Below are positions 47,853-49,257 of a stretch of DNA of 49,257 nt, one piece after another. This stretch comes from Silvanigrellaceae bacterium (lineage in GTDB: Bacteria > Bdellovibrionota_B > Oligoflexia > Silvanigrellales > Silvanigrellaceae). The position numbers and the translations under genes were made by a program. The stretch covers positions 1 through 49,257 of the forward strand of contig JBMSQQ010000012.1 of assembly GCA_049423385.1 (NCBI GenBank), written 5' to 3'. The notes under the pieces are model-generated. The model made no database searches, had not been told where the DNA came from, and saw nothing but the letters and a program-made list of their open reading frames with translations. Positions within the stretch are counted from its first letter, which is position 1; every line of letters starts with the position of its first letter.

Positions 47853-48500
47853 TTAGTAATGGCATCCGGAACAGTGTTGTGGCGGATTGACGCCACCAGC
47901 ATGGTTTAGATCCTTCGTTGGATCGTAACCTTCCTTGGCTGCATCGAACGCGAGATTTGTGACCTGGTGCTTTGGCACAAGGTTGGGAGTTGGATTGCGG
48001 TGGCAATCGAGGCACCAGCCCATACTGAGCGGCTTGGTTTGGCCAACAACCTTCATTTGATCGATGCGGCCGTGGCACGAAACGCAGCCTACGCCTTTGC
48101 CGACGTGAATCGAATGGTTGAAGTTGGCATGCTCGGGGAGCATGTGAACTTTTGTCCACTCGATGGGTTTTCCAGACTGATAGGAATCACGCACGAGTTG
48201 CAGTCGTGGGCTTTTCGCCTGAACCATGCTGTGGCAGCCCATGCACGTTTCCGTAGGAGGAATTGCTGCGAATGCAGCTCTCTCGACCGTGCTGTGGCAA
48301 TAGCGACAGTCCATTCCCATTTGGCCTGCGTGCAGCTGGTGACTGAAAGCCACAGGCTGTTTGGGCGTGTAACCGACGTCGGTCCACTTGGGTGAAAAGA
48401 AGTACCAAACAAAAAGAACTACACCGACAAGAGCAATTGGGGCACCGATCGCAACAAGCGTTGGAATGCGATTGGTCCACTTAGGAAAAATGGGTGTCAC
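47853..48500 (-). CDS. actA: Alternative complex III pentaheme cytochrome subunit A
   Basis: Five CxxCH (CRYCH, CMGCH, CVSCH, CLDCH, CSGCH), N-terminal TM, QPVAFSH..H; GTG start after AAGGTGA. Confidence 0.94.
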   Translation of the reverse strand: MTPIFPKWTNRIPTLVAIGAPIALVGVVLFVWYFFSPKWTDVGYTPKQPVAFSHQLHAGQMGMDCRYCHSTVERAAFAAIPPTETCMGCHSMVQAKSPRLQLVRDSYQSGKPIEWTKVHMLPEHANFNHSIHVGKGVGCVSCHGRIDQMKVVGQTKPLSMGWCLDCHRNPTPNLVPKHQVTNLAFDAAKEGYDPTKDLNHAGGVNPPQHCSGCHY

Positions 48501-48651
48501 TCGATCACCTTCATGCAGGAGGGTTTGACACGTGAAAAACGACAGTTGTGGGTGATCCATTCACTCCACGACGACCGATTCTCTAGTTCATCCAGACTAC
48601 TCCGGCAAGTCTCGCACCAAAAGATTCGATTGAGAAATTTCCAAAGTTAGA

Positions 48652-48665
48652 TTGATCTGAATCAT
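48652..48665. promoter_or_regulatory. FNR/CRP-family box
   Basis: TTGAT-CTGA-ATCAT, 9/10 match to TTGAT-N4-ATCAA, upstream of actA. Confidence 0.6.
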
Positions 48666-48710
48666 AAAGAGGTATGAGCGAGGTCTAGATTTGCAATGTT
48701 ATTTCGGGGC

Positions 48711-49256
48711 TCAGAGCAGAGATTCTCCCACCACCGCTTCAGCTCTTGCAAAAACCTCATCAATGCCTTCGGATGAAGCATCGTAGTAACCGCGGATCTG
48801 TCCCTTGCCGTCAATGAGCGCCATCTTTTGCGAGTGTGCGATGTCGATGAGTCCATTGGTGATGACAGGCGCACCCATGCCAACACTGAAGCCCTTTTCG
48901 ACCAGACTCGTGATTGATTCACGTGAGCCTGTCAGGAAAGTCCAAACAGCAGGATCTGCACCCGCCGTTTCCGCGTATGCTTTGAGTACATTTGGGGTGT
49001 CGAAATCGGGATCGACCGTGAGGCTCACGATCGTCAATGGCAGCTTTTCCAGTACGACCCGTTTTTGGAGTTTATTCAGGTGCTGAACGATCATCGGACA
49101 AAAGCTTTGGCAACGGGTGAATATAAAGCTTGCGACATAAACTTTTCCAGAAAGCTCGCGGGATCCGAATGCCGTTCCATTTGGGTTGGCCAGACTGTAA
49201 TCCGGTAGCGACCCAAGGACCGGCGGTGGTTGCGGAACCCGACGCGTGATTGGCGT
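48711..49256 (-). CDS. SCO1/SenC family protein (5' end outside the window)
   Basis: Frame open to the window edge: FIFTRCQSFCP, TVDP..DTP..L..YA, WTFLTG, AHS. Confidence 0.9.
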   Translation of the reverse strand, partial: TPITRRVPQPPPVLGSLPDYSLANPNGTAFGSRELSGKVYVASFIFTRCQSFCPMIVQHLNKLQKRVVLEKLPLTIVSLTVDPDFDTPNVLKAYAETAGADPAVWTFLTGSRESITSLVEKGFSVGMGAPVITNGLIDIAHSQKMALIDGKGQIRGYYDASSEGIDEVFARAEAVVGESLL

Positions 49257-49257
49257 G

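Overview
Bacterial chromosomal window, mostly core metabolism. Gene content and protein style suggest Oligoflexia/Bdellovibrionota-like (inference only). Left to right: an AT-rich BrnT/BrnA toxin-antitoxin pair just 3' of tRNA-Ser(CGA); a persulfide-handling operon (rhodanese, ETHE1-type dioxygenase, TauE, two YeeE/YedE halves); and, converging on it, an apparently sigma28-driven operon (PocR-domain sigma54 activator, ArsR-rhodanese fusion, two lipoproteins). A 6S RNA follows, which the ORF track does not show. Next come a ferredoxin-cobT pair, a putative Tat FAD-oxidoreductase lipoprotein with a receiver protein, a class IV aminotransferase, and an rsmD-TPR-MinD/FlhG-HTH-rluD-large TPR-S8 protease run. 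Then recN-mqnA-like, fabH, an LpxR-family protein, and a complete alternative complex III plus A2-type caa3 oxidase operon with an FNR-like box. No CRISPR array, transposase, integrase or rRNA was seen. The best candidates for undescribed biology are the PocR/ArsR-rhodanese/lipoprotein sulfur module, a shared post-lipobox motif (C-x-x-R-x-F-N) and the MinD plus J-like/HTH module. All calls come from reading motifs by eye; no searches were run.
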